Under the pieces are notes generated by a model. It was not told the origin of the DNA, did not search any database, and saw only the letters and a program-made list of their open reading frames with translations. A DNA stretch of 64,000 bases from Nitrosopumilus sp. Its GTDB lineage: Archaea; Thermoproteota; Nitrososphaeria; Nitrososphaerales; Nitrosopumilaceae. The position numbers and the translations under genes were made by a program. Positions 39,399 to 49,247 of the stretch are shown here, in pieces (the stretch's first letter is position 1; the number at the start of each line of letters is the position of its first letter). Where the stretch lies: positions 96,001 through 160,000 of the forward strand of contig OZ243974.1 in NCBI GenBank assembly GCA_965214775.1, written 5' to 3'.

Positions 39399-40184
39399 AC
39401 CTCCTTTTCTATTCGCTTTTCTGCAAGGCTGTAATACTCGTCAACTAGTTCTATCCCCACCGACCTGCGGCCGTTTTTCATGGAGGCAACTATTGTCGTG
39501 CCGGAACCGGCAAACGGGTCAAGTATGACGTCATCAACATATGAAAACAGCTTGATGCATCTTTCTGGCAGTTCCTCCGGAAACGGCGCCGGATGCCCGT
39601 TCTTTTTTGCACCTGGAAACGTCCACATGCCGTTTGTCCATTCGATGAACTCGTTCCTTTCGATTGTACTTATTCCTCTGCGGTCACGTTTCCACTCGTC
39701 CTTGTAAAGTACGATTATGGCCTCAACAGGTGCTATCACATGCGGTGCAGAAGCCGACAGCCACGATCCCCATGCCGTCCTCCTTGATATGTTGCCCTCG
39801 TTCCAGACTATTGTTGCATGGTATTTCCATCCTGCATCAAGAGCTATCTTTGTCAGGTCGGCACATGTGGGCCTCTTTCCCTGCTTGTTCTTGTCCAGAC
39901 CAATGTTAAGACAGAATCTGCCCGTTGAACGTGTCCAATGAAGTACATTACTAATCCATTTTTCTGAGAATTTCAGGTATCTCTCATAGGATATGCTGTC
40001 ATTGCACCCCCCCCCCACCTTCATAATCAAGGCCTACGTTGTAGGGAGGTGATGTCACGGTAAGATCTACTGAATTGTTTCGAATTGTCGATTTTTTGGT
40101 CGTATCCCCTCTGACTAGCCTGTATTCAGGTTTCTCCACAAAACCCTTTTTGGTTTGTGTTTTTTTAATCCTTGGCTTTGTCAA
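39368..40184 (-). pseudogene. Beta-class amino (m6A/m4C) DNA methyltransferase frameshifted in a G10 tract
   Basis: TSPPYN in ORF 39999-40184; HPAPFP and DPFAGSGTT in ORF 39368-40030; removing one G at 40007-40016 fuses the frames. Confidence 0.9.
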
Positions 40185-40237
40185 TTTGATCTCACCCTTT
40201 CCTTCTGACTGTAGTTATCCAATCACTGCCTACCTTA

Positions 40238-40320
40238 TATAGCAACGGGCATAAGTCTTTGAGTCAAAGTAGGTCATAACTACGCGTAAAAAACCTCAAT
40301 TATTTCTGCTCGTTGCTATA
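40238..40320. mobile_element. MITE family A, copy 5 (inside the IS6 element)
   Basis: Family A sequence. Confidence 0.9.
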
Positions 40321-40610
40321 CAACTCCCATTCCACATAGTTGCTTTTCCTGATCGCATCCGTGACCCTCCTTGCAGAGAACGCCTCACTAAGTAAAAATT
40401 TCGTCTAGTCGTAAAAATCGAATCTGAAGAAGATCCACATTTCAGGTCTCGAAGATTACATAGAATCTAGAATACTCCTGCCTTATCAAGCCGATCTCGG
40501 AAGCGTTCACATTCTAGGTCACCAATCTTACACAGAACCAGTTCTGTTTATCAGAGGGAGATACAATTTGAGAAGACATATCAAAACATTAAGAGTACAT
40601 GAGTGTCATG

Positions 40611-40693
40611 TATAGCAACGTTCACAAATAATTGAGGTCTTTTACGGGCAATCTGACCATGTTTTGACTCAAAGACTTCTGCTCGTTGCTATA
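40611..40693. mobile_element. MITE family A, copy 6 (inverted, diverged)
   Basis: TATAGCAACG ends with the interior partly diverged. Confidence 0.82.
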
Positions 40694-40947
40694 TGAAATC
40701 AGGCCACAGAGTGGAAGTGCCGATCCATCGTTTTATCATTCAATATGAATTGGGAGGTGGCTGGTTCAAATTTAGTGAACAGTTATTGCGAGAGATTTTC
40801 CATGAATTTTTGCCAGATACAAAAGTGAAGTGTAAGACAACGAAAACTACAGTTATTGCGTCAATTTCACCAGGAGAAAGATCTAGCGAGCATAACGGTT
40901 ACCGGAAGAATAAAGCTTTTAAAATATCCGTCAATACGATAATCAAC

Positions 40948-41370
40948 ATGAAACAAAAGACTGCATCAAGAAGCATCAAGATTCTAGTAGCAAAACTAGG
41001 ACTGGACGGACATGACAGGGGCGCCCTTGTCCTATGCAGGGCATTCAGAGATGCCGGAATGGAGGTAATCTATTCGGGATTGTTTGCCACTCCGGAAAGA
41101 GTTGCGCAGATTGCAGAAGACGAAGATGTGGATGCAATTGCAATGAGCTTGCTTAATGGCGCGCATGGAACGCTATTTCCAAGAGTCGTAAAGGCACTAA
41201 AAAAGAAAGGAATCAGGGACGTTCTCGTAGTTGGGGGAGGAGTGATTCCAGAGGCAGATCACAAGGCACTAATCAAGTCAGGAGTAGGCCACGTGTTTGG
41301 TCCAGGCACGCCACTGCCAACAATCATTGATCACATCAACACGGGCGTTGTAAAATTAAGAAAAATATAA
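40948..41370 (+). CDS. Methylmalonyl-CoA mutase small (cobalamin-binding) subunit
   Basis: KLGLDGHDRGA, RDAGMEVIY and VVGGGVIP motifs. Confidence 0.93.
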   Translation: MKQKTASRSIKILVAKLGLDGHDRGALVLCRAFRDAGMEVIYSGLFATPERVAQIAEDEDVDAIAMSLLNGAHGTLFPRVVKALKKKGIRDVLVVGGGVIPEADHKALIKSGVGHVFGPGTPLPTIIDHINTGVVKLRKI

Positions 41371-41380
41371 GAAAAAAAGA

Positions 41381-42379
41381 TTATTCTGTGGAATCAGGCC
41401 ACATCATTTTACGCATTTTCTTGCCGACTTTTTCAATCTGGTGCGCGTCATATTCCTTCATGTATTTGTCAAATGCGTCCTTGCCGCTCTTTTGATATTC
41501 AGAAATCCATTCGCTGTTGAATGTGCCGTCTTGAATCATTGCAAGGACTTTTTTCATGCTTTCCTTGTTTGCAGCATCCATAACCATTGGTCCACGGGTC
41601 AATCCACCATATCTGGCAGTTTCACTAACGCGCCTCCACATTCCGTTAATCCCATATCTTTGAATCATGTCTACAATGAGTTTGAGTTCATGCAGAACTT
41701 CAAAGTAGGCAATTTCTGGTTGATATCCTGCCTCAACTAAAGTTTCAAACGCATTTGTCACCATGGAAGCTGCGCCTCCGCAGAGGTCTGCCTGCTCACC
41801 GAACCAGTCAGTCTCTACTTCTTCTTTGAAGGTAGTCTTGATTAATCCAGCTCTGGCACTTCCAATCCCTTTTGCGATTCCCAATGCCCTATCCCAGGCC
41901 TTTCCCGTAAAGTCTTGCTCCACTGCAACAATTGACGGAGTTCCAAAGTTATCAAGATAGGTTTCTCTGACTTTTGAACCTGGTCCTTTTGGTGCAACCA
42001 TGATAAGATCAGCGTTGGATGGTACCTCAATCCATTTCCAGTAGACTGCAGCTGCATGAGAAAACGACAGTGCCTTTCCTTCAGAAAGATTTGGCCCGAT
42101 TTCATCTCTGTACACTTGACTTTGAATCATGTCAGGAATCAGGATGTGAATAATGTCACCTTGCTTGGTCGCTTCGGCAACAGACATTACTTTATGGCCA
42201 TCATCTTTGGCTTTTTTCCAGCTGTTTCCGCCTTCCTTAAGACCCACAATTACATTCAGGCCAGAGTCTTTCATGTTGTTTGCTTGTGCGTCACCTTGGA
42301 TTCCATAACCAATTACAGCAATCGTTTGATCCTTTATCGGGTCAAGGCTGATATCGTTATCTTTCCATGTTTGTGCCAT
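41381..42379 (-). CDS. ilvC: Ketol-acid reductoisomerase
   Basis: VIGYGIQG, MVAPKGPG, ETDWFGEQ..LCGG and AYFEVLHELKLIVD motifs. Confidence 0.96.
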   Translation of the reverse strand: MAQTWKDNDISLDPIKDQTIAVIGYGIQGDAQANNMKDSGLNVIVGLKEGGNSWKKAKDDGHKVMSVAEATKQGDIIHILIPDMIQSQVYRDEIGPNLSEGKALSFSHAAAVYWKWIEVPSNADLIMVAPKGPGSKVRETYLDNFGTPSIVAVEQDFTGKAWDRALGIAKGIGSARAGLIKTTFKEEVETDWFGEQADLCGGAASMVTNAFETLVEAGYQPEIAYFEVLHELKLIVDMIQRYGINGMWRRVSETARYGGLTRGPMVMDAANKESMKKVLAMIQDGTFNSEWISEYQKSGKDAFDKYMKEYDAHQIEKVGKKMRKMMWPDSTE

Positions 42380-42421
42380 GCTAACTACTAACACAAATAT
42401 TGCAAATATTAACTATGGAAT

Positions 42422-42541
42422 CTAAATCTCGATGATTTTCTCGCATGACCTGCACTTTACAGCGACTTTTTTGCCAGGCAAGCGAATGAACCTTTTTGAG
42501 CCACAGTCAGGACATATTGGGCAAGCACGTACAGGTTCCAT
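42422..42541 (-). CDS. Small CPxCG zinc-finger protein (39 aa; not in ORF track)
   Basis: MEPVRACPICPDCGSKRF...KCRSCEKIIEI. Confidence 0.55.
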   Translation of the reverse strand: MEPVRACPICPDCGSKRFIRLPGKKVAVKCRSCEKIIEI

Positions 42542-42924
42542 CAGTGTCTAATAGTTCGGCATCAGATTTAGAAATTACGGATGGCCGGTTTTTCGCATCA
42601 ATTCTGCCTAGAAACTCAAACACAGCATTTGGGCACACTGCCTTTTTCAACCTTCATTACCAATTATCATTGAGCGGGTCTTTGCAGCGTTAAATTCACC
42701 CCTGTTCGAAAACCAGAATCAGATACAGGTTTCCGAATCAGATAAAAACAGAGACGTGATCATTTCCACAGCAGAGCTTGTCAAATTGTGATAGAAGAGA
42801 TGCGTTAATGCATGATATCGATGTTGAAATGTTTGATTGATTTTGCAAGCAAGCAAAATAAAATTTGCGCAAATCAACAAAAGATTTTTTTAGAGAATTG
42901 TAAATCATCTCGATTCTCTTTGCA

Positions 42925-43082
42925 GAAAAGTGAATTAAAATTAGCGGACTAATCATGTACAAACGAATTTGCATCATCAAACAGGCCAAAATGCTTGCAA
43001 ACGGCAGGTTGTCTGCAAAATTACTTGACAGATGTACTGAAAAATACGGGCATCTGCAGTTTCTGATCTCGGATCATCCCTC
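42925..43082. mobile_element. MITE family D copy (diverged)
   Basis: Shared interior AACGAATTTGCAT... and end TCGGATCATCCCTC. Confidence 0.7.
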
Positions 43083-43156
43083 AGGCAGCAGCCGCAATAG
43101 CAGCAGCAGCAACAACAACGGCAAGCATGCAAAAACTAAAATCTAATTTCATCCGT

Positions 43157-44080
43157 CTACTGGATTGAACCGCTGCCAAGAATTCTTATGGTCGGGGATT
43201 CAGGTTTTAGAACAACCGCAGTCTGGCCTTTTTTACAAATGATCGGTTTCTCAAAAACAAGTTTTAGAGGAGCAACTGATGAAAATTTGGCTGCCTTGAT
43301 TTGCAGCCCAACATTGACAAGGCATCCTTGGTTTTCGGAAATCTCACCTTTGTAAAATGGAATTTTTACAAAATCCAGTTCTATCTCAGAGACCACATCG
43401 CCAACATTTGACTCAGAAATCACATCTCCACGTCCAATCTCGTCAGGTTTGGCCCCCTTGACTGCCAAGCCTACCCTGGCAGGACATGCAGATTCCCCAA
43501 CCGGATCATCATGCATCTGAATGGACTTTATCAAAACCTCAACGTCTGCAGGATACAGTTTCAAACTGTCATATTGTTTGATTTTGCCATTTGTCACTTT
43601 GCCCAAAATAACAGTTCCGACCCCCTTGACATCAAAACAATGATCAATGACCATTTCAGAATGACCGTCAGTAGAAATTGGCTCCAACTTGTCCATCTCT
43701 TCTTTGATTTTGTCTTGATCTGCTTTGATGTAATTTTCAACTATTGTTCCTTTGATCATTGCGTCTAGTTTTGTCTCGTCAACCTCAAAGGTATGAGACA
43801 GGATTCCCTTGTCTTTTTTTAGTGCATCAAGCGCAATTATCTGCTCTCCGGTAAATTTGTCAAGTTTGTCAACATGAAATATCACGTATTCTGCCAGATT
43901 AATTGCCTGAAACAGCGGTTGAATCTTATCAGGAAACCCGCTTGGAGTGACCCAGGTTTTGATAATGTTTGATTCCTTCCTGTCAAACAGGGAGAGATCA
44001 GTCACGGTTCCCTTTTTTCCAAACTCAGATGCGATTTCTTGCTTTCCCAAGACAACAAAATTGATAGATTTGACCATCAT
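43157..44080 (-). CDS. Archaeal SelB-like / EF-Tu domain II protein
   Basis: GKKGTVTD, IDHCFDVKGVGTVILG and IKSIQMHD motifs. Confidence 0.85.
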   Translation of the reverse strand: MMVKSINFVVLGKQEIASEFGKKGTVTDLSLFDRKESNIIKTWVTPSGFPDKIQPLFQAINLAEYVIFHVDKLDKFTGEQIIALDALKKDKGILSHTFEVDETKLDAMIKGTIVENYIKADQDKIKEEMDKLEPISTDGHSEMVIDHCFDVKGVGTVILGKVTNGKIKQYDSLKLYPADVEVLIKSIQMHDDPVGESACPARVGLAVKGAKPDEIGRGDVISESNVGDVVSEIELDFVKIPFYKGEISENQGCLVNVGLQIKAAKFSSVAPLKLVFEKPIICKKGQTAVVLKPESPTIRILGSGSIQ

Positions 44081-44364
44081 GATGACTGCTTTTGGATAGA
44101 CTTTATGAAGTTTTGACTAATCAAAGGCGACGCCGCAAAAAGCATAAAGTGATACCATTTAGAATTTTTCAAGAAATCAAAATCAAATCAAATCAAACAG
44201 CAACTAACAGGGATATTCTGACAAATCATTGGCAGAATCCGTCTTCTCGTCTAGGATATGCAGATGATACAAGATCAGATGATTATTATTTTTGGTCAAA
44301 CTTACGCCTAATTTCATGAATATGATGGGCATTTTTTCTATAAAAGACTAGTGAACAATTGGTA

Positions 44365-45117
44365 CTAGGGAAACGATTTTAGTGCTGATGCATAGTTTGC
44401 AAAACGATGGTTTTTTGGTTTAACCAGCCTTTGAGAGTATTTTTTGATGGGCTTTCCAATTGCGCCATCTAATCCCAGAGGCCCCAAGACATATTCCTCC
44501 CTGTCTGCCCATTTCAAGACCTCATCAGAAGGGGCAAAATAGTTCAGGATTTTTTTGTTTACGGTATATTGCAAGATTTTCCCGTATTTTTTTGAGGATG
44601 GAACGTCCCTTGCAATGGAGGCCCCAAAGAGATAGACGCCTTCAACAATCCCTCTGTTGGAGGGTTTTCTAGACAGATATTCCAGAGTGCTCAAAATAAC
44701 CTGTGAGCCAAGAGAATGGCCCATTAGTCGAATCTTGGTTTTAGGGCTGGACTTTTTGAAATCCTCGATGAACAGTCCCAGGTTCTTTCCATTCTTTCTT
44801 GCAATGCCTTGGCCAACAGCAAGAGCGTGTTTTGCATGTTTGATCAGATGGGCGCCCGTGGTGTTGGAGTCATAACTAAAGCCAACTACGGGGTGAGAGT
44901 ATCCCAGTCTGCGTAATCGGTTTCTGGCCAATCGGACTTTTGCAACTGCCCCGGCATTGTCATTTCTTAATCCGTGAATCATAATGGTCAATTCTTTGGA
45001 GCCGGCAAATCTTTCAAAGTCCTTTTTCGGGTAAATATGATACCTGTTATTTTTTAGAGTTTTGGCTGAGCCAAGATCATAGTATCCCCTGGTGGAAATT
45101 CGCGGAATAGGCCTCAT
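44365..45117 (-). CDS. Alpha/beta hydrolase (DUF726/DUF900-like)
   Basis: IMIHG, GHSLG nucleophile elbow, D.VL. Confidence 0.85.
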   Translation of the reverse strand: MRPIPRISTRGYYDLGSAKTLKNNRYHIYPKKDFERFAGSKELTIMIHGLRNDNAGAVAKVRLARNRLRRLGYSHPVVGFSYDSNTTGAHLIKHAKHALAVGQGIARKNGKNLGLFIEDFKKSSPKTKIRLMGHSLGSQVILSTLEYLSRKPSNRGIVEGVYLFGASIARDVPSSKKYGKILQYTVNKKILNYFAPSDEVLKWADREEYVLGPLGLDGAIGKPIKKYSQRLVKPKNHRFANYASALKSFP

Positions 45118-45118
45118 T

Positions 45119-46777
45119 TTATTTGGATGGCGGCGGTCCCAGCTGTCTTTTATGGTCTTCAATGTCTTTGCCCTCTACTTTGGAAAACAGAGGAGATGCC
45201 TCTCCAAGCAAATGTCCTCCGGATATCCCAAGCTCAGACATGTCATCCCATTTTCCAGAAACGGTGTCTCCGAGTCCTAGCTGGGCCCAGATTTTATTTG
45301 CAGAAGCAGGCATGAACGGCATGATTGCTATTGCCAGACTACGTACTGCATTCACAGACAGATATACGCAGCTGGCAGTTCCCGGGCCTTTTTCCCATGG
45401 TGCCTTATGCTGAAAGTACTGGTTAAAGAAAGAAGAGAATTCCATGATTTTTTTGAGGGCCCTGTCAAGATGATTTTGCCCCATCAGAGTTCCAACATCA
45501 GAGGGGAGTGTTCTGATCTTTTGTTCTGCCCCGGCATCCTTTTGATCAAAGGGTTCGGGTTCTGGAACTCTTCCCTCAAAGGCTTTTTTGGTAAATCCCA
45601 ATGCCCTGTTGACAAAATTTCCAAGATTTCCAATCAATTCAGAGTTTATCCTGGTTGCAAAATCATCCCAGTCAAAATTCAAATCGTCTTGTGAGTAGGG
45701 GTTGATGGATACAAGATAGTATCGCAGATAGTCTGCCGGATAATACTGTAAGAATTCCTTTAATCCGATGTACCAGTTTCTGCTCTTGGATATTTTCTTT
45801 GCCTGCAGAGTCAGATGTCCGCGTGTGGGTATGTGGTCTGGAAGCTTGTACTCACTTCCCATCCCCAGCCGCATTGCAGGCAAAAACAAGTAGTGGTGAT
45901 AAACGATGTCTTTTCCAATAAAGTGATAGATGTCAGCGGAATTCCAAAATTCCTTTCCATCAATTCCCTTATCGTTTAGAAATTTCAAGGCAGTGGAAAT
46001 GTATGCCAGATGGTTGTCAAACCAGCCGTAAAAGACCTTGCCTTTGGCACCATCCAGCGGAATGGGAACGCCCCATGCAATGTCACGGGTGATGTCCCAA
46101 TCAATCAGTCCGGATCTTATCCAGTTTTGGACATACTTTTTTACATCTTTTTGAAGATGGTCGTTTTCCTCAAGCCACCGATATAGCGAATCACCGAAAT
46201 TTTTCAGTCTGAAGAAATAGTGGTTTGTTTTCTCTTTTACGGGAGGCTGGCCGCATATTGCACATTTTGGATTCAAGATTTCCTCTGGAATTCGGCCACA
46301 AACCTCGCACAGATCAGAGTACTGATCCTCGGCGTCGCAGTGGGGACATGAGCCTTTCACATATCGGTCAGGCAGAAATTTTTTGTCGTTGTTGCAATAA
46401 AACTGGATGATTTCCTGCTCATATATATGGCCGGCGTCGTTCAGCTTTTTGAAGACCTGCTGGACAAATGCAATGTTTTCCTCAGAGCTGGTTTTGTAAA
46501 AATAGTCAAAATCTATGTTAAATGAATTAAAATCATCATAGTCACGCTTGTTCCAATGGGCAACGTACTCTTGAGGAGTCTTGCCCTCTCTTTCGGACTG
46601 AAGCAGGATAGGAGTGCCGAAATCATCAGAGGCACACACATAGTAAGCTTCCACACCGGTCAGTTTCAGGTATCTGGTCGTCACATCGGCGGGAAGGTAC
46701 GTGGATGCCACGTGCCCCAGATGGATTTCCCCGTTGGCATACGGCAGTGCACTGGTGATGATTGCTCTTTTGGCCAC
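45119..46777 (-). CDS. metG: Methionyl-tRNA synthetase
   Basis: ALPYANGEIHLGH, zinc knuckles, FIGKDI and KISKSR motifs. Confidence 0.96.
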   Translation of the reverse strand: MAKRAIITSALPYANGEIHLGHVASTYLPADVTTRYLKLTGVEAYYVCASDDFGTPILLQSEREGKTPQEYVAHWNKRDYDDFNSFNIDFDYFYKTSSEENIAFVQQVFKKLNDAGHIYEQEIIQFYCNNDKKFLPDRYVKGSCPHCDAEDQYSDLCEVCGRIPEEILNPKCAICGQPPVKEKTNHYFFRLKNFGDSLYRWLEENDHLQKDVKKYVQNWIRSGLIDWDITRDIAWGVPIPLDGAKGKVFYGWFDNHLAYISTALKFLNDKGIDGKEFWNSADIYHFIGKDIVYHHYLFLPAMRLGMGSEYKLPDHIPTRGHLTLQAKKISKSRNWYIGLKEFLQYYPADYLRYYLVSINPYSQDDLNFDWDDFATRINSELIGNLGNFVNRALGFTKKAFEGRVPEPEPFDQKDAGAEQKIRTLPSDVGTLMGQNHLDRALKKIMEFSSFFNQYFQHKAPWEKGPGTASCVYLSVNAVRSLAIAIMPFMPASANKIWAQLGLGDTVSGKWDDMSELGISGGHLLGEASPLFSKVEGKDIEDHKRQLGPPPSK

Positions 46778-47220
46778 ACAGGAATCACGCTAACTTGATC
46801 TTAATAGTTTACTCATTGATAAAAGGATGCCCAGCGGATGACATGAGCAGGTCGGTTTGTGATTTTTCAGGCTCCTGGCAAGACATCTGTAAATGCCGTA
46901 GGACTGTTTTTGCTGAAATTGTTCCTCCGTGTTGCTTGCAGTGTTTTTACAGCCAGCCAATCACAACCCCTTTACTATTTTTTGTTGCGTATAATGACAT
47001 GGCTCAAAGGTTTTTTGTAACATGCAGGACTCTGGAAGTTTGGGCATGAATTTTCTTACTAGCAAATGCCGATTGTGTTATATGGAAATAATGTCCGCTA
47101 TTCATTGATGTCCCTCTCCATCCATTTTGGGTCGGATTTCCTGATCGCTTCTGTGGCAGTTTTGTCCTAGAACGCCATGATGGGCGTCTGGCAGTCGGTT
47201 ATGCCCAGATCAAAGTGCAT

Positions 47221-48462
47221 CTACCAGCTATTGGCATATTTGATTTGTTCAGGGGTTAATTTGTCGATTTTGAGATTCATTGCTTTGAGAGCATCACGTG
47301 CCACTTGGGTGTCAATTTCTTCAGGCACCACAACCACCTTGTTGCCCATTCTCTTGTGGTTTTTGAGGATGTACAGGATGGACATAATTTGATTTGAAAA
47401 TGATTGCGCCATTACCTCCGGAGGGTGGCCTTCGGCAGCCACGAGGTTTGCCAGTCTGCCTTTTCCGACAAGATACACTCGCTTGTCGTTTCGCAGATGG
47501 CATTCATCCAAGTTTGGCCTTACCTCCCTTACTGATTTTGACTTTGTCAGCAAGAATTTGGTGTCAATCTCAACGTCAAAGTGGCCCACGTTTCCCATAA
47601 TTGCTCCCTCCTTCATTTTCAGTATGTGCTCTTTTCGGATTACGTCAGTCATTCCAGTACACGTGACAAATATGTCACCGGCCTTTGATGCCTCAGACAT
47701 TGGCATTACTTCGTATCCATCCATGTGTGCTTCCAATGCCTTGACAGGATCAACCTCAGTTACAATGACTTTGCCCCCCATTGCTGCACAGCGAGACGCT
47801 ACGCCTTTTCCGACCCAGCCATAACCGACGACGACTATCTTTTTTGTTGCAATAAGGAGGTTCATTGCACGGAGATACCCATCAATGGTGCTTTGACCAG
47901 TGCCATAACGATTGTCAAACATGTGTTTGGTGTACGCCTCGTTGACTACAATTACCGGATATCGAAGCTTTCCCTGTTTTTCCACAGCCTTGATTCTAGT
48001 GACTCCGGCAGTTGTCTCTTCAGTTGCGCCCAAAATGTTGAGTTTTTGGTGCTTTTTGTCAAAATGAGCTTTGACATTCATGTCTGCGCCATCGTCGGTC
48101 AAAACAGTCGGTCTGTGGTTTAGGACTTGGTCGATGCACCAATCATATTCCTTGTTTGTTTGATCATTCCAAGCATAAACATGAATTCCTTGTGATGCTA
48201 AAAATGCGGCAATGTCATCTTGTGTGGTCAGGGGGTTTCCTCCACATGCTGCAACGTTGGCGCCCAGTTCTTTTGCACCCATAAGAAGTACCGAAGTTTC
48301 TTTTGTAATATGCAGACAAAATCCCAGAGTGACACCTTTTAGAGGTTTTGATTTTCTTAATCGGTTAATCGTGTTGTCTAAAATTTGCATGTGAGAGCGG
48401 GCCCATTCGTAGGAGAGCCTTCCCTTTTTTGCAAGCATTGGATCCTTTACTTTGCTCAACAA
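47221..48462 (-). CDS. ahcY: S-adenosylhomocysteine hydrolase
   Basis: NPLTTQD, EETTAG, FDNRYGTGQS, GYGWVGKG and GHFDVEI motifs. Confidence 0.97.
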   Translation of the reverse strand: MLSKVKDPMLAKKGRLSYEWARSHMQILDNTINRLRKSKPLKGVTLGFCLHITKETSVLLMGAKELGANVAACGGNPLTTQDDIAAFLASQGIHVYAWNDQTNKEYDWCIDQVLNHRPTVLTDDGADMNVKAHFDKKHQKLNILGATEETTAGVTRIKAVEKQGKLRYPVIVVNEAYTKHMFDNRYGTGQSTIDGYLRAMNLLIATKKIVVVGYGWVGKGVASRCAAMGGKVIVTEVDPVKALEAHMDGYEVMPMSEASKAGDIFVTCTGMTDVIRKEHILKMKEGAIMGNVGHFDVEIDTKFLLTKSKSVREVRPNLDECHLRNDKRVYLVGKGRLANLVAAEGHPPEVMAQSFSNQIMSILYILKNHKRMGNKVVVVPEEIDTQVARDALKAMNLKIDKLTPEQIKYANSW

Positions 48463-48533
48463 TTGTGGCTTTGGATCATCATATAAAATTCTATCATGCG
48501 AATCTAAATAAATGACAGATTTTAGAAAAAATC

Positions 48534-48836
48534 ATGGTCTGGAAGAAGATTGCAGAGAAAGGAGGCATTGTCTCAGGAAAAGGCAAAGCCTTTGAAATTG
48601 AAGGAAAACAAATTGCAATTTTCAATCAAGACGGATATCATGCAATAGATGATCTGTGTGTTCACCAGGACGGATCAATTGCGCCAGGAAAACTAGAGGG
48701 AGACATTGTCGAGTGCCCGCTTCATTTTTGGCATTACAACATCAAGACAGGAGAGCTGACAGATTATCTAAAGGACGTCAAGCTTGAGACATATCCGGTT
48801 GAAGCAAGAGATGACGGCATCTACGTAGACATTTGA
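48534..48836 (+). CDS. Rieske-type [2Fe-2S] ferredoxin
   Basis: CVHQ...ECPLH ligands. Confidence 0.92.
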   Translation: MVWKKIAEKGGIVSGKGKAFEIEGKQIAIFNQDGYHAIDDLCVHQDGSIAPGKLEGDIVECPLHFWHYNIKTGELTDYLKDVKLETYPVEARDDGIYVDI

Positions 48837-48950
48837 GATCATTTTAAGATTTAGGCAAAAAGGGAAGGAAGAGTGCAAAGTTCGTCTTATTCTTCTCGTC
48901 TTATTCCTCCCATTTCTTCTTCTTCTCCTCAACTGCCTTTGTGCCGTGCA

Positions 48951-49107
48951 TAGAGTTGATTTGAAATTGGCAGATTCGGATCATGCATGAACGAATTTAC
49001 ATCAAATCGATTAAAATGCTTGCAAATTACAAACTATCTGTGCCATTGCTTTACAAATGTACAGAAAAATCCTGGCATTTGCAGTTTCTAATTTCGGATC
49101 ATCTCTC
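48951..49107. mobile_element. MITE family D copy
   Basis: AGAGTTGATTTGAAATT ... AATTTCGGATCATCTCTC. Confidence 0.8.
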
Positions 49108-49247
49108 AGGGACATCTGTGTCAAGCACATATCACGCATGCATATATCACTGCAATGATGCCGCCACGCAAAATCAGTGTTTGAAGTAGTGCGTGTTCAA
49201 AATAAGCTAGTTTTTGACAGGATTTTTATTCTGAAATCTGTCAAATC

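Larger units (their letters stand above)
37208..40539. mobile_element. IS6-family cargo transposon (transposase, tRNA, AbrB-like gene, HNH nuclease, DNA MTase)
   Basis: 30-bp perfect TIR GGTTCTGTGTAAGATTGGTGACCTAGAATG (37208-37237 / 40510-40539); 8-bp TSD AGTTCTGT (37200-37207 / 40540-40547). Confidence 0.95.

Noticed and set aside
40693-40947. 85-aa N-terminal extension of the mutase subunit in the ORF track
   Set aside because: The upstream ATG sits at a MITE edge; the conserved domain and a TATA-like box point to ATG 40948.
43157-44080. SelB-like gene as evidence for selenocysteine, or as a partner of the unusual tRNA
   Set aside because: Truncated SelB-like proteins are widespread in non-Sec archaea. 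The gene lies outside the transposon and the tRNA anticodon is not UCA.
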